Shown here: positions 25,101 to 39,362 of the stretch, one piece after another
Layout of the letters: every line of letters begins with the position of its first letter
Position numbering within the stretch: position 1 is the stretch's first letter
Position numbers and translations under genes: made by a program
NCBI RefSeq assembly: GCF_036588685.1
Contig: NC_086378.1
Span: 17,856,001 to 17,920,000, forward strand
Origin: Mytilus trossulus
Taxonomy: Eukaryota
DNA length: 64,000 bases
Direction of reading: 5' to 3'
The notes under the pieces: generated by a model
What the model saw: the letters and a program-made list of their open reading frames with translations, nothing else
Told to the model about the DNA's origin: nothing
Databases searched by the model: none

Positions 25101-27252
25101 CAAAACTATCATTTCGTATGATAATATTTGCAATGTGTTATGAATTTTAATTTGAATAAGATCAAAAATTATTCATTGTGGAGGACAATTGGAGCATGTT
25201 TAATGAATTGCTTGCATGCAAAAGCGTACATATGTTATGGTAGTATCATAGTAGCATATGAATGTACAAAAAGCATTTAAAAAGACTGTTATACAATGAT
25301 AGGATATAACCAAAGAAAAATTGAAGGGTCAATATGCTGGTTTTTGAGATATAAGTAATTGAAAATTTGGCGGGAAATAATTCTCTTTTAATTTTTCATA
25401 TATTTAACATTGACATCTTTGCTTCTGAAAAGAAAAGTAGGGGTTGATGGGCAAATTTTTTAAATGAAACTACATGGATGAAACCAGAAGATTCCGAATA
25501 TCTGGCCAAAATTCTAAAACAAGAGAAGCGAACATCCTTAAAAAATATCCTTTCATTACACTGTGACGTTCTTGTTATTATTAAACTAAAATAAGTGATA
25601 ACAAACACATTTTTTTAACATTTTAGTTTCAATGTTGTGGAATAGACAACTATTATGATTTCTCAGAAGCGACAAATTGGGTGAAAAATTTGTCAAGTGG
25701 AGCACTAGTGACACCACTCAGCTGCTGTAAAACGTTACCTTCTTCTGCTGATCTTTCATGTGCTCAGAGTCCTTTATCAACAAGCACCAACAATTATAAT
25801 ACGGTATATATAGCATTAGCATTATTAATTTTACAATGAGGATTTAAATTAAAGACTTAAAAAAAGTGGAGGTTTAATTGTTTGTGCTGACTTTACCTAA
25901 AATAATGTAGTGGAGAGAACAATTAGATAAAAGAATAAAACCTAAACACAGGCTTACTATATCATGATTTCTAAATGTCATAATAAAATAGAAATAGCTC
26001 AGATAATATGTATGACTAAAAAGAGGCATGACGTTGCATCATCAAGAATCATGATATATACGACACCAAGTGTAATGCACCAGAAGCGAATTTCGACAAT
26101 ATATGTATTTCCATTGATGCTCGCGGCCAAATCAAATTATTTGACCGTCCAAAATCTGAAAGAAATGTTGAAGAGCAGATAAAACCGAAAAAGACATAGT
26201 AAAGCCAAATCTGTGAATATCACAAATCGTGTATACAGTTGTTGGAGCTGTTGGATAAACTTACACAGAGCCAATGGTGTATAAACACGTGAATCAACAG
26301 TAATGTTTACGTTATGAGAATGCAATCGCTAGATAACGAAAATGCTACTAATTCCAACTTAGATGTTAATTTTTTTTTTAATAATTTAAACGAAATTAAA
26401 CAAAGCGAAACCAGATGCAATATTTAACTTAAATCAAAACGATTTCTTTTGTAATTTTCGCTCGATTTATTTATCACAATTTTTGCAGGGTTGTTTTGAT
26501 GAAATATGGGATCTTGCTCTTGGCAATGTCGCAATCACAGCATCAATAATATCAGTATGTTTAGTTATGCAGGTATGTATGAGAGGAAAAGTGTATTTAA
26601 GATGAAGGTTAATTTCCACTCAATTTATTTCACACCAGCGGTAAAAAACAAGTATCTAAATCTTTACTAAAATGTACAATACTACAATTTCATGTTAACA
26701 ACATGTTGTCGTATGTCTATAATTATATAACCCAAATATAAATGTGCAATAAGGAATAAAATTGCTGTCAATATGATAGATGATGAGTTTTTAAGAAAAT
26801 AAATGTTCTTGACATTTTCATATCAAAAATTTAAAAACACAATATTTGTTTTTATCATGCTTCTTCTGTTTCAAAATTTTGCAATATTTTGAAACTGTCT
26901 CATCTATGTAATCTTTAAAGCAATGCCCTTTCAAATATTTTATTTAGACTCTTCGAAATTCAATTCCACTAGTTTTTGTCTACTTACGGATGTTGAAGCC
27001 GTGCAATTGCAGAACCGATTTTTTTATTTTCTTAAACTTTTCAGTCTAAAAACAAAAATGACTTTTAAATCTGTATTTTTGCCTTAGAAATTGCCTAAAC
27101 TTTTGTGTTTATTTTAATATTCACAGCTGCTTATTTTATTTTTGCTCATTTTTTAATATTTCATTTTTTTTATTTTTCAGATTATATTTTTCCTTGTTGC
27201 TTTATGTATGTATTCAGACAACAGCCAAAACAAAGTCAAACCGAAAGGATGA
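22167..27252 (+). CDS. Tetraspanin (paralog B), 6 coding exons, ~279 aa
   Basis: Exons 22167-22226, 23273-23611, 24532-24639, 25627-25803, 26489-26572, 27181-27252; same intron positions and phases as paralog A. MGC N-terminus; CCG, PLSCC and GCF motifs. An acceptor AG at 22141-22142 suggests an upstream non-coding exon. Confidence 0.92.
22912..23215. repeat. 101-bp tandem repeat x3 in tetraspanin B intron
   Basis: Near-identical units starting at 22912, 23013 and 23114. Confidence 0.92.
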
Positions 27253-30200
27253 TACTGTGACTCGAACTGACTTATATAGAAGCAATTGATTCGCTTATTA
27301 TAATATATAATTGACTAATGCTAAAGCATTATATGCAGCGGATGAAAACTGGGTTCTGCACTTTATCTATAGGACATAATAAATGTGCCTTCAGGATATA
27401 AAAAAAAATGATGATGGATTCAAGGAGAGTTCGCATATTGAAATAAAAATAATGAAGACTTAAAAAAACAGCAAAAATCATTCATCTTGGTCCACTCAAC
27501 ATACTTCATGGATTCGCCCCTGCAAAATGCAACTAAATAAGACAAAAGTTAATTGTCATTTTTGAAGAGTGCAAAGTATTCTTCACTGACATCAAATATA
27601 ACGAATCAGTGAACAAACGTAACTTAGTTGACTTTTCTGTTTTAACATTATGAAACTTTTCTAAAAGTATCATGTCAAAAATGTCGTATTCAATGCAACT
27701 GTTGTGACTGTAATTGTTTTAAAAACTTTTTTCACAATTGAAAGTCTTTGTTTTATACAGTCAAATTTAATCTAAACTATTTTCTTCTTTTTTATGAAAA
27801 GTTTAAAATACATTCTGGAAGTATGCATGGTCCGTTTTGTCTTATTATATTACAAAGCCGTTAATTGTTATTGTAATTATGTATTTAGTCCTCAGCCCAC
27901 TGTAGTGTTGTCTGCTGGCAGACAAGTAGTACGTTGAGTAAACATTAGTGTTTGTTAATTATATAAGAAATAAAAGTTGTTGACGTCACATATTGATTTT
28001 TGTGTACTCAATGAGAACTGCTTGCTCGAGAATGAAAACTTTAAAGACAGTAACCACCACACAGCTATTCATGTAACTATTATTGTGAAGAAAAGGCTAA
28101 AGATATAAATTGTTAAAATGGACATTCAAACTCATAAGTCGAAAATAAACTGACCACGCCATGGCTAAACAAGAAAAAGTCCAGCAGGAAGAATATTGTT
28201 AATATGTGAAACACAACACAAAACCAAAGACTGGGCAACACGAACATCACAACAACCTTGAACTGGGGATGATCTCAGGTGCTCCGGAAGTGTAAGCTGC
28301 AGATCATGTCCATATTTTCATCACCTAACAATTTGCAGTCTGTCCGAATGTAAAATTGTTTCTGCATTTGTGAGATTCGTTTTCTGTAGAGTTAAATGTT
28401 GGTCTCTTCTTATTTTTTTTAAACCATGACTGGTTGTCTTTCTTCTTCGACTTGTGATTTCTGTTTTTGTTAGCTGTATATTGTATTGTCTTTTGGGTGA
28501 AGCTCTAGGACATTTGAATTGCACGAGATTTCATTTGATTTCCGATTTTAATCTGCGATTTAAAAATTAACAATATAACCTTCATGTAATTTTGACATAA
28601 ATTAATTGCAGTATATTTTTTAAGCTATTAAGACTTGTGGTCAAAAGTGGTTACACAAACGAATAATATACTGATTAGTTGATTTTTATTAGTGTTCAAT
28701 GGCAAATATTCCATGTTTGTTCAGGACAATTCTGGTATGAAGTATTCAATGGATCTAAGGAGGCAGTACAAAGGAATGGCTTAGAATGGTTTCGCTATAC
28801 TGAGTAGTTGTGAATTCAATGTTCAAGATAAATGTCATTTGTTAGAAGTGATGAATATAGCTTCAAGTATGATAAGATGTTAAAATCTGTCATTTACCAG
28901 AGGTACTTTGAAATGTGTAATTGGATATGTGAACTGTTTACATGATCAATTGCTGTATGCCAATAGTTGTCCTTATACTTTGCTGTGGTCAACTAAAAAT
29001 GTTATACACACATGGATCCAGAACAAGGTGTAATAGCTTTCCTAAGAGGCTGAATCGCTCACCTGTAAAAATAAATCTTGAATTGTTTATATTTGATATT
29101 TAGTTTTTCAGCCCTTAATTTATCATGATGAAAGACACTCTCCCCCAATTTACATCAAAAAAGTTATAAGGAGTCATCCAATGGTTTTAATCATGTCAGC
29201 ATTTTTGTCAAGCTTGTTTTGCTCATCAGTAGTCAGCTGGGAAGTTGTTACTACTCTTTGGCTGGGTTGCTGTCTCTGTGACATATTCCCCATTTCCATT
29301 CTTAATTTTATCATAATAGACCATGAGTGTATTTAGATCTTCAAACTCCAGGAGTTTTAGATTTTCTCTATCTGTTATAATACGTGTTGTTTTCAAGATC
29401 AGAGTCCAGTGCCACTCCAGTCATGTGTTTTAACATCCATAGAATGTTCTACTTTGAGCCATTGCAGCTATTATGGTTAATTTACAGGAACAATAAATAC
29501 GACCTTCATACTAGATACCCTAAGGATCATACTGTTCAAATGTGTATGAAATCAGTAAAGTAGTCCAATGGAGAATTTTTCCATATTTTTTGGCAAGATG
29601 ATCAGCTACTAGGATTAAAGACAGTGATGATGCCAAGTGAAGGCTATGGCTCACCTGGCACTATGTGAGGCAAAAATGCTATGGCAGCAATGAGTTTGTC
29701 TTAGATGAATGTAGTGAACAATACTTTATGAGAAGCAATGCCTGCCAAAAAACTAGTAAATCTCTTAGAAATTGAAATTTCTTGTCAGTAATTTCTAACT
29801 CTCACTTCATACATGTCATATATAAGACTTCATAAATAGACCAATTTTTATTGGTAGCTGAAAGCAGAGAACAACAAATCAAAAGAACTAACTGAATGAA
29901 ATTCCATGTTACTAGATGTTTATTATAAAATTTATGCTGTCTTCTTTTTGACACAAGTGGAGATGTGTCTCATTGGCAATCATACCACATTTTCTCATTT
30001 TTTATCATGTTTATGTTATTCAAAAAACTTTTGTGTATCTTTATTGACATGTGTTTTTTTGTTTGCACACAGACTATAACTTGAATATGTCTTGGTAGAA
30101 CATTTTATGATATTTTAAGATACATTTTATTTAAAATTCCTTTATATGATAAGTATATTCTAAACAGTAATGTATAACAAAGTAAGTAAATGCATATGAC

Positions 30201-31385
30201 TGTATACATGTACAGTCATGACAGTATCAGAACTAAGACCTAAAATAAACTAAAATTCTTGTATAACATACACAATGTCAACTGTTAAATATCAATGCAT
30301 GCAAGATTGTCATTTGAAAATTAATACAAATTGAAAAGATATTTTAGAATCATTGTTTTTAAAATTCTTTATATGGTCAAATACAATCTAGACCAATTTC
30401 AATTATTACTATACTTGATCTCATATACTGTATCATGTATATCAGGGTATTTTCTAAATTTGATTTCAAGAAAAAATATTCTTTCTTATAATCAGAGAAC
30501 TTTCTCAGAAAGTAGTACAACGTAGTTCAAAGGTTTTGAGTCCTGACCACCCAAATTTTACAAACATGACAAAGCCAAAGGCCCAACACAATTTTGGTAT
30601 TTTGCAATAGAAATAATTCCTTTTTTGATGCCCTGCAGTTTTTCTTTACAGACCATCATGACAAAAAAGATTTTGAGAACTTTGCTTCAAGTAATGAATA
30701 GAACGGCAAAAAACACATATTTTTCATTCTGATCAAAGGCCAAAAGATTTGTTTCTCCGTTATTGATACATTGTATATGAGCCGTCAAACATGTCAAAGT
30801 AATTTTATAATCATGATTATGTTTTCCAATTTTTTAAATGATATATAATATTTCTAAATTTAAGCCCTATCTATGATATCAGAGGACATATTGATATTTG
30901 GTCTGTCAATCATTGTTAATACCTTCCTTTGTCAAACCCATTAATGGTTGAAGTTTTGGTTAAAGGCAATTTACCACTAAATTTCAGTCATTAAGTGTAC
31001 AGTGGCCACATACATGTACATGTATGCTTGTTCTTATTTAGTTCAAAAATGAAATGTAGATTTCATAAATAACTGATACCAAAAGTTTTTACTCTACAGA
31101 ATACTTCAAATTCAAAACAAGTCAGTATTAGTAGTATCTTATGTGTGTAAAAACATGAAAAAAAGAAAAACATTGATTATGATAAACAAAACATGCAAAA
31201 GGATATACAATGTAACTTTGTTATATATATCATACTGCTTACTATGACCTGCCATATATCTATAAATACATTATAAAAATCTACATCTGTAAATTGAACG
31301 AGTTTGATGATTTTATTGCACATATTATAACTAAGCTTTTAGCACGGTGGATATACTGATTCTGCTTCCAGCATTCTATGAATGT

Positions 31386-34058
31386 TTATGCACCTTGACC
31401 TTTGTACTTTGTGAATATATTGTACAATACTCGGAGGGTTGATTTCAGATCTTGATTGACCACATCTTCTGGTCTGGCCTTTGGTCTCGGAAGACCTGCA
31501 TCCTGCATTAAATCAAACGCAAACTGTACATTATGCACCTTTTGATCAAACGTTGATGCGGTTTGGTGGTAGTCATATAAAGGAACAAAATATCCTTCTA
31601 ATAAACCCATCAATAAAACCAGGTAAACTCCATCATGAAATTGCGCTTCTAAATCGGCCACTTCAAAGTTAATCTTCAATAACTGTTTGTTGACAAATGT
31701 AACCAATGTTTTCTTTACAAGATTAAGTTTGTCAGGTGCATGATCGAATAAAGTATCAAACGCATCACGCTCAAATCTTGCTCCAATATCATCGTTTATC
31801 GTAGTGATATCTTCTACTACTCTCTTGGTCTGGAGTATGCCATCTCTCTTTGTTACAACGATTAAATTGACAGACACGTTATCAGGCATTCTGATAGGTG
31901 CTCTATAATGTCTTGCTAAGGTAACTAACAAATGAAGGATGGCAACGAGATTCTTTGAATGAACTTTATCAACAGACCACCTGACTTGATTCCATTGTAA
32001 CTGTAACAATCTGTTTATTACTGAGAGTATTATCTGTAACTTCTGTTTCTGTCCTTGTTCTGACTGGGTTACTTCTGGTACCTAAAATAAAAGCAAGAAA
32101 TGTTAACTTATGAAGATATATAGCAACATTTTTTGTACAATGTACTATAAATGACATAACAGTAAAGTATGTGTTTAGTATAGTTGTACATATAAGAATA
32201 TGTTTTTTTTGTGGTTTTTTTTCAGTTTGTCACAAACATCTTTTCATGTTTTCATGTTTAGTTTTAGAGGCACGTCCAATTGTATTTATGTTTATCTGAT
32301 GAGTTAAGCCTTTTTCAACTGATTTTTATAGTTCGTTCATATGTTGTACTGTTATACCACTGTCCCAGGTTAGGGGGAGGGTTTGGATCCCGCTAACATG
32401 TTAAACCCCGTCACATTATTTATGTATGTGCCTGTCCCAAGTCAGGAGTCTGTTTGTTTATGTGTTACACGTTTTTCGTTCATTTTTTTACACAAATAAG
32501 GCTGTTAGTTTTCTCGTTTGAATTGTTTTACATTGTCTTATCAGGGCCTTTTACAGCTGACTATGCTGTATGGGCTTTGCTCATTGTTGTAGGCCGTACG
32601 GTGACCTATAGTTGTTAATGTTCGTGTCATTTTGGTCTTTTGAGGATAGTTGTCTCATTGGCAATCATACCACATCTTCTTTTTTATAATTTCAATCAAT
32701 TTATATAACAATAAAGATTGCTTCTGCAACAACAATTGCAAGTAGAAATTTGCAACCAGACTGAATCAAAATTGTTCAGTTTCAAGCCAATTCAATTATT
32801 GTTTTTATAATTTACAGAATCTTCTTGTGCTATGATGTTTTACCACTCTCACAGGTTATATTTTAGGAACTTAGGAGTTGCATTAAAAGAGTCATGAGCA
32901 TTGAGATTCAGAAGATATATTTTTACACTTGTATTCAAATCTGATTTCCAAGTTTAAACATTTGATGTTGTTACATGTAACTTAAAATTATTTGTTGCAT
33001 TAGGTCACTTTAACAAGTTTAATAGAGGATTATTTATTGAGGGTCATTTGTAGAAAATTAAGGTACAAATGTATTATAAAATAGACCTGATTGCAATATG
33101 GGTATCTGTGACACTCAACCCAAGAATTAGAGACACTTGAACTTTTTACTTCATACTACACATCCATTTTCCTTTGTGACTCGAACATTTATGGCAGAAA
33201 TATAATGTAAGAAAAGATATGTCATGACTACTCTTGCACACACATAAGTCTCAAAATATTAATGTTTCCCTTTTTATGTGTTTACATCTTGAATTCGTAG
33301 AGGAATTATTGGGGAGGTTACACAAATGTACAAATATAATCGATGTTGTCTCTATTCATGCAACAGACTCAGCATGCTCAGTATTAGATTCAATCATGAA
33401 TCATATTCATATTACGGCCAAATAATTATGACCTTTTGTATAACTTTTTGAAAGAAAAAATCTTAGAAAGGGGTATCAGCAAAAATCAACAATAGCCTTT
33501 CTACATGAAGATGGCATAATAATTATTTGGACTAATTTCTACTGTCATTTTTTTTCAAAACAAGACAGGGTGTCAACAAAACACAGCAGGGTGCTAAAGC
33601 ACGCCAAAAATGTCCTGCAGGAAACACTTAACATATGGTATTTGTATTCTGAAGTCTTGTACCTGAACTCTTATATCAGCCAATTTTTCTATCAATTTTT
33701 GCAGAATTTGACCATCAAATAGATCTTCAAGAATGTCTTTCACGATAATTCTGTCATCTGCCAATACGTCATTTATCCAATCAAGCAGTATCTTTATTAA
33801 TTCTTGTACTTTAGGGTCTTCTTTGGATGTTGGCTCAATCATTGACCGCTCTTCTAACTCATCCAGCAAATAACCCTCTGGACCAACGTCTGGAATTGTA
33901 GGACTAGTAGGAGATTCGATTGCCATTTTGCCTTCTTCTTCTAGAATATTTACTTCTTTAGCTTTTTTCTTGCGACCAATTGTCCCAATTTTATCAAGGA
34001 ACGATTCATCCTTTTTCTTTGGCGTTCCAACGGTCGCAGGATTGGGTGAGGTTGCCAT
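31386..34058 (-). CDS. PARV: Parvin (alpha/beta-parvin-like; tandem CH-domain focal-adhesion protein), 2 coding exons, ~363 aa
   Basis: Exon 1 34058-33663 (MATSP...GTIGRKKKAKEV...LLDWINDVL...KLADIRVQ). Exon 2 32081-31386 (VPEVTQSEQGQKQKL...RDAFDTLFDHAPDKL...DLKSTLRVLYNIFTKYK). One phase-0 GT-AG intron joins them into a full-length parvin. Confidence 0.95.
32290..32688 (-). repeat. High-copy dispersed repeat (AAGAAGATGTGGTATGATTGCCAATGAGACAAC family), unclassified
   Basis: Related copies at ~13925-14000, 16137-16220, 23644-23900, 24944-25027, 29966-30005, 37125-37390, 42677-42790, 51036-51170, 56447-56620 and 59270-59316. Confidence 0.75.
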
Positions 34059-34110
34059 TTTCACAACAACAAAAAACTACCGGAAGTAGTCACATTCCAG
34101 TGATGGGTGC
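34050..34110 (-). promoter_or_regulatory. Probable parvin core promoter / 5' leader
   Basis: ETS-type CCGGAAGT at 34080-34087 and YY1-like AAAATGGC overlapping the ATG; motif inference only. Confidence 0.4.
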
Positions 34111-34339
34111 GTTTAAAGAATCATCTATAATATCCAAGTATTGGCCTAATCGGGCAAGTCTATGATCTTCACACATTGACATTGATTATTGGAACTGATT
34201 GATAGGATAAGTTCCAATGACATAAACAAATAAGAAATATTACTTTTATCAGAGTGTTAAACAAAATAAAAAATATATAGTATATTTCAAAAACCTTTGT
34301 TCACATGATTACTACAGTGATCTGCTGTATATGTGAGCC

Positions 34340-34630
34340 AAAATTTGTTCCTGTGAAAAAAATTCCAGTGGAATTTATTTCACAGGAAATATGTTCTGGG
34401 AGAACTTTTTTCACAGACAATTTCTATATAATTTGTTCCATCTCTATGAAATAAGTTCCTCACTTTACCTTGTGAAATAAGTTCTGGGTTGGTGAAATTT
34501 GTTCCTTACCTAGTGAAATAAGTTCCATGTTTGTGAGATTTGTTCCTTACCTGGTGAAATAAGTTCTGGATTTGTGAAATTTGTTCCTCACCTGGTGAAA
34601 TTAGTTCCTTGTCTGTGAAATATGTTCCAC
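34340..34630. repeat. Cluster of GTGAAATAAGTTCC-like motifs in both orientations (transposon subterminal repeats)
   Basis: About a dozen imperfect copies spaced roughly 20-25 bp apart. Confidence 0.6.
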
Positions 34631-36651
34631 TGGTTAAACAAGTTATCTTATATACTGAGCACTTGTCATCAGTAAGTTTAAAGTCATTATAAAAACATGT
34701 ATTATATTGATAATGCAAGAAATAGAAAGTGTAAACATCCAATTTGGATCATGTGGAGTAAAGCAAAAGTTTAATAACAAACTCAATTAATAATACTAAA
34801 AATGACACTTATGATCCAGGAGAGAGTAGAATAAGAAATAATAATAAAATTCTTTACGAAAAAAAGTACTATAATGGTTAAAGATGAAAATTTGTACTTT
34901 TTGAAAAGGACAAAGTAACTGATCAATTATATTAAAAGACATAAAGAAACAAAAGACACACTCTTTAAAAACTGTGCAATGACCATAACTAAGTACATGT
35001 ATGATTAGAACACCCATGACAGATTAAATAACAGGAAACAAGGAGGTCGAATACCACATAAACGATAAAACATAGATACAAATTATGATACATTATGATC
35101 GGTTTTATTTCTTATCTTCATCCTACAGTCACGCCGGAACAAATATTTTTTGAGACATAAACTATGAATTGATTCAAGTCCGTCCTAAAAGGCACATTTG
35201 AACAAGCTAAGTGACCTTCTGCTGTTGTTTTTAATATGGTCGGGTTGTTGTCTCTTTGACACATTCCCCATTTCCATTCTCATGACAATTTTATTCTTCA
35301 CAAATTAAAAATAAAGACATGCACCAGAATTTAATATTCAATGAAATGTTGATGGTTTTCTGTAAGTAAAGAAGAAGAAGCATTCCGACGGTCTCAACTC
35401 GGCCGATTCCGTACCCTCATCTAACAGATAGAAGGAGAGTAACGCATTCTACCGATTATTGCCGATTGGCTACGTAAACTTACTATTTTCAATACATTTA
35501 TTTGGTCAAAAGTTTCTGACCTTTTGCATGGCATTTTTGTACCGAAAAAAAAAATCAAAATATAAAGTGCAAGAGATAGCAGTAAAGTTCGTGTACGAAG
35601 ACCATTCAAGTTCGTATCAACAGCTGCTTGTAAAGACTAAGATGCGGCAACACTGCAAATTAAAAGACGAAGATCAATTATGGCTATTGAAACTTTTAAT
35701 ATTGTCAATAAATTAACAAGTGTACATGATTTTTTAAACTTTAGTGAAAAAAGATTGTAGATATTCTTTCAGATATAGTAATGTACTGGATATACCACAT
35801 GTAAAAACTACACAGTTTGGTAAGAAAAGTTTTAACAGCCTGTCTGACCATTTGAATTAAATTAAGAAAAACTGTTTTCAGTCCTGAAACATTTTTTCCC
35901 CTCAATTTAAGAGCCTTATAAGTCTTGGAATGGTTCAACACATTGTTGTACTGCATGTAGATAAGCTTTTTCATATTTTAGAACTTGAGTTCCTCTATAA
36001 TATGATTTTATGCCTTAAATTTTTGCATGTGTGCTTTATTTTTATTTGCGCTTGACTTTAGTTGTGATTGGATTTCAGTTGTGATTCAGCTTTGGCTTAT
36101 TTATATATTTTATTGTCTAAATATACAATAGGATTGGATACAAGTTATAACAACTTTAAAAGATAATCCTCTCCATATAAGTACTATATACAAAGTGTCA
36201 AGATGACAGTAATTATATATTTCAGTACAGTATGAAATCTATATATAATAAATATATTATGTTTAAACAAATTAACAGTTGGATACGAGTACACTTTAAG
36301 ATACAGCAAAATGAATTAAAGAATCTTTGTGTATGGCATATATAACTAGTTATGTACATTTCTGAGAAGTGTTTTGTTCAAGAGTAATTTCGTCTGTTCC
36401 AAATAAAATATGTTCTATGGGGATAGCAGCTACGTGTAGAATGTTTTTAAAGAGCTGATTTCTAAAATTTATGTAAAGTGGACATTCATAGTAAAAATGA
36501 ATCGAATTTTCTAATGGACACCCTCATTTACAACTTGGGTCATTTACTGAATAAACTCTGTATAAATCTGGTTTTAAAGGACTTCACCTGAACAAGAACA
36601 AGAACATTACAAAAATAAGAAGAACAAGAACAAACAGGTTACATGAACATG

Positions 36652-36980
36652 AACAAGAATGAGTCCATAGTACTCGAATGCCCCACTCGCACTATCATTT
36701 TCTGTGTACAATGATCTTCAATGGACCTTGAAATTGGAGGTCGGCAAAACTCTAATTCGGCCTAAAATTAAGAAAGATCATACCATAAGGAACACGTGTA
36801 CTAATTTTCAAGTTGCTTGGATTTTAATTTCACAAAAAACTACCTTGACCAAAAACCTAAACCTGACAACCTTAATCTGGAAAACTTAAAACTGAAGCGG
36901 GACAGACGGACGGACGTACGACCGCCCGAACGAACGCACAGACCGAAAAACATAATCCCATAACTTGAAAGGGCATTCAA
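36652..36980 (-). mobile_element. Short HINE/DINE-1-like element
   Basis: AACAAG start, (GACG/GAAC)n microsatellite at 36901-36945, and a terminal imperfect hairpin. Confidence 0.6.
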
Positions 36981-38537
36981 ACATAAAATTGTTTACAAAA
37001 AACGATGCCTTCTGTAATATCATTGGTGTATTGATATGGGTTTATTATATTTGTACAACAACAAAAATACCAAACTTCAAGATATATTTCTACAAAAGAG
37101 TCATTAGTTTAAATACGAAAGATATAAGATAATGACGTATGAGTGCCAATGAACCAACTCTCCATCCAATTTACAATTAGTAAAGAGGAACCCATCATAG
37201 GTCAAAGTATAGCCTACGTAACCATGATAACGGGGCATTAGCTAACAACGAACAGCAAACTACAAATGACTGCAAATGGACTAATATAAAACTATTAAAA
37301 AATTAAAATTAAAAGGAAAAACATAGGTCTTATCTACAACTATGGAAAAATAGAGAAACGAGAGACACTTATGAATCACATCAGCAAATGAAAACCACCG
37401 CTTTCATCGGTTAAATTTCTTTTCAATTTTTGCGAATGATATGTTATTTATTATCAGCCTAAGTTAGCGGCTGCTGAAGTCAGTTTGCCTATCGTGTATA
37501 TTTTGGGTTTTCGATATAATTTTATTAAATAATTATCCAATATGTACTCTTTGTCGTAATTCTTCAATTATTCTTCAAACACATGATAGAAAAGTGTCGA
37601 TCACAGGGGTGTTTTTTTTTCACATTGCAGGTTATGTAACTTGAATTGTCATTTACAGTTTTGTATCGAATATGCACGAATATCTTAATTTCATGTGATA
37701 AAAATAAAACTGAAGGATGTGGTTTTAAGATAAAATATAAGAAGATACATGTAGTGTTTTTTATATATATATATATATATATATATTGAGTGAGACTGAA
37801 GAAGCATTGGATCACGGGGCTCGCTTTACTGTTACATCATAAAATAGTATTATTCATAACATATTCCATAATAAAAGTCACTAGTTTAAACATATTTATA
37901 ATTATTTATAGTGGATTGGGAAACAAGTCACAGTTTACAACTAATATTAATCCTTTTCCACTTTGCGGGAATAAAAGTCACTGTATCTGAGTTATCTCCC
38001 CGTATATATGGCGATGTTAAAAAAATGAAAACGAAACACATGAAAAAGTATTCTGTTTTATAATATTCAGTCGTAAAAATATGATTTTTTTTTTACCTCC
38101 ATTAACATGAACATTCTGAAAAAGCAATTTACATCCTACAATCGAAAATTGCGCATGTCATTATAGGCCTGCTGCTTTCTGTTATTTTACAATCCAAGAT
38201 CATGGAGGAAGATATCCGATCTACCTAAGATCACTATAAATCCTTATATAACAACTAATATCATAACACTCATTAGAGAGTTTTACCGAACGGAGTCTTT
38301 AAATCACTAGATGCTTGCAACTTTGTTGAACCATGGATATTTATTAATTTTCACAACAGGTTATTTGAGCCACAAAGCACCTGAAGATATTTATTCAAAC
38401 ACACCTTATACCATCGTATGCCCAAATAAAGCATATAGAAACAAATGCATCAGGAAGTTTTTTGAAAGAGATTTTCTGAAAGATAACATATTAAAAATGA
38501 AGATAGTGTGATAAAATCTTCATATATATGTTTAAAA

Positions 38538-38600
38538 AGCCGCGTTCGTTGTGAAAAGGGGGAACGTGACGCGAACCCGGAAACATGTTTCAGTCCGTGT
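38538..38600 (+). promoter_or_regulatory. Candidate DPP9 promoter / start of a non-coding first exon
   Basis: Local CpG-rich patch with GTGACGC and CCGGAA motifs. The ATG exon is preceded by an acceptor (43013-43014), implying an upstream exon. Confidence 0.35.
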
Positions 38601-39362
38601 ATGTTTTGTAGTTTATTTTAGTTGGTCACTCAAAAGTTTTATCTTTTTGTCAACAGAACAGTTTGTCCTGAAAATCGTACAAAGTTAGAAATTTATTGTT
38701 TATGATGCATTTATATTTTTGTTCTTTGATGGTAACGAGAGGTTAAATTGAAAAACAACACCATCACACACGAATCCGTTATGGCGTTAATTTTATCTCT
38801 GTCAGACCGTTATTTCAAGTCATGAGAAAAATTTCAAAGAACGCATAAATGTATTTATAAAAAAAAATTATCCATACTTGAAGTGTTTGCTATGATATAA
38901 TTGTCATTTTTGTGCTATTTACAGACAGCTTTTAAACCCAAACATCTTCTGTGACATAATAAAAACTACATAAAATTTTAAAGTTTGAACACCATATTTT
39001 TTGTTTTGTCTAACAATAATGAGGGGGATCTGAGGGGTCCTGATCCCAAAATCTCAAGTTTAAAAATTTGAAATCCTGAGGTCATGAAATTTATAAGAAT
39101 TAAATCCTGACATCCCGAAATTCTAAAAAAGAAATCTGGGATTCCGAAGGATCAATCCTGAAATCCTAAGCTTAAAAATGCCCAATCTCAAAGTCCTGAT
39201 AAAGATCCTCCCCCACCCCTCCCCCACCCCCCTACTACATGTATTTGGGATAATCTCATAATATCTGTAGCTAGTTCTGAATGACCTCCCCTTGATGACC
39301 TCTGCATTGTTTTGATGTTAGTCCCTCACTGCTGTGCACTGGTCATAGGAGATCTACATTAT

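Noticed and set aside
26076-26120. Second copy of the hammerhead motif seen at 40687
   Set aside because: Related flanks (CACCAGA...TTTCGACAAT), but the CUGAAGA core has decayed to AUGGAAA; treated as a dead relic.
32296-32340. CTGATGAG as a hammerhead core
   Set aside because: No stem II followed by GAAA downstream; part of a common dispersed repeat.
33594-33662. Parvin ORF C-terminal extension VQDFRIQ...
   Set aside because: Intronic; parvin homology resumes in frame at 32081.
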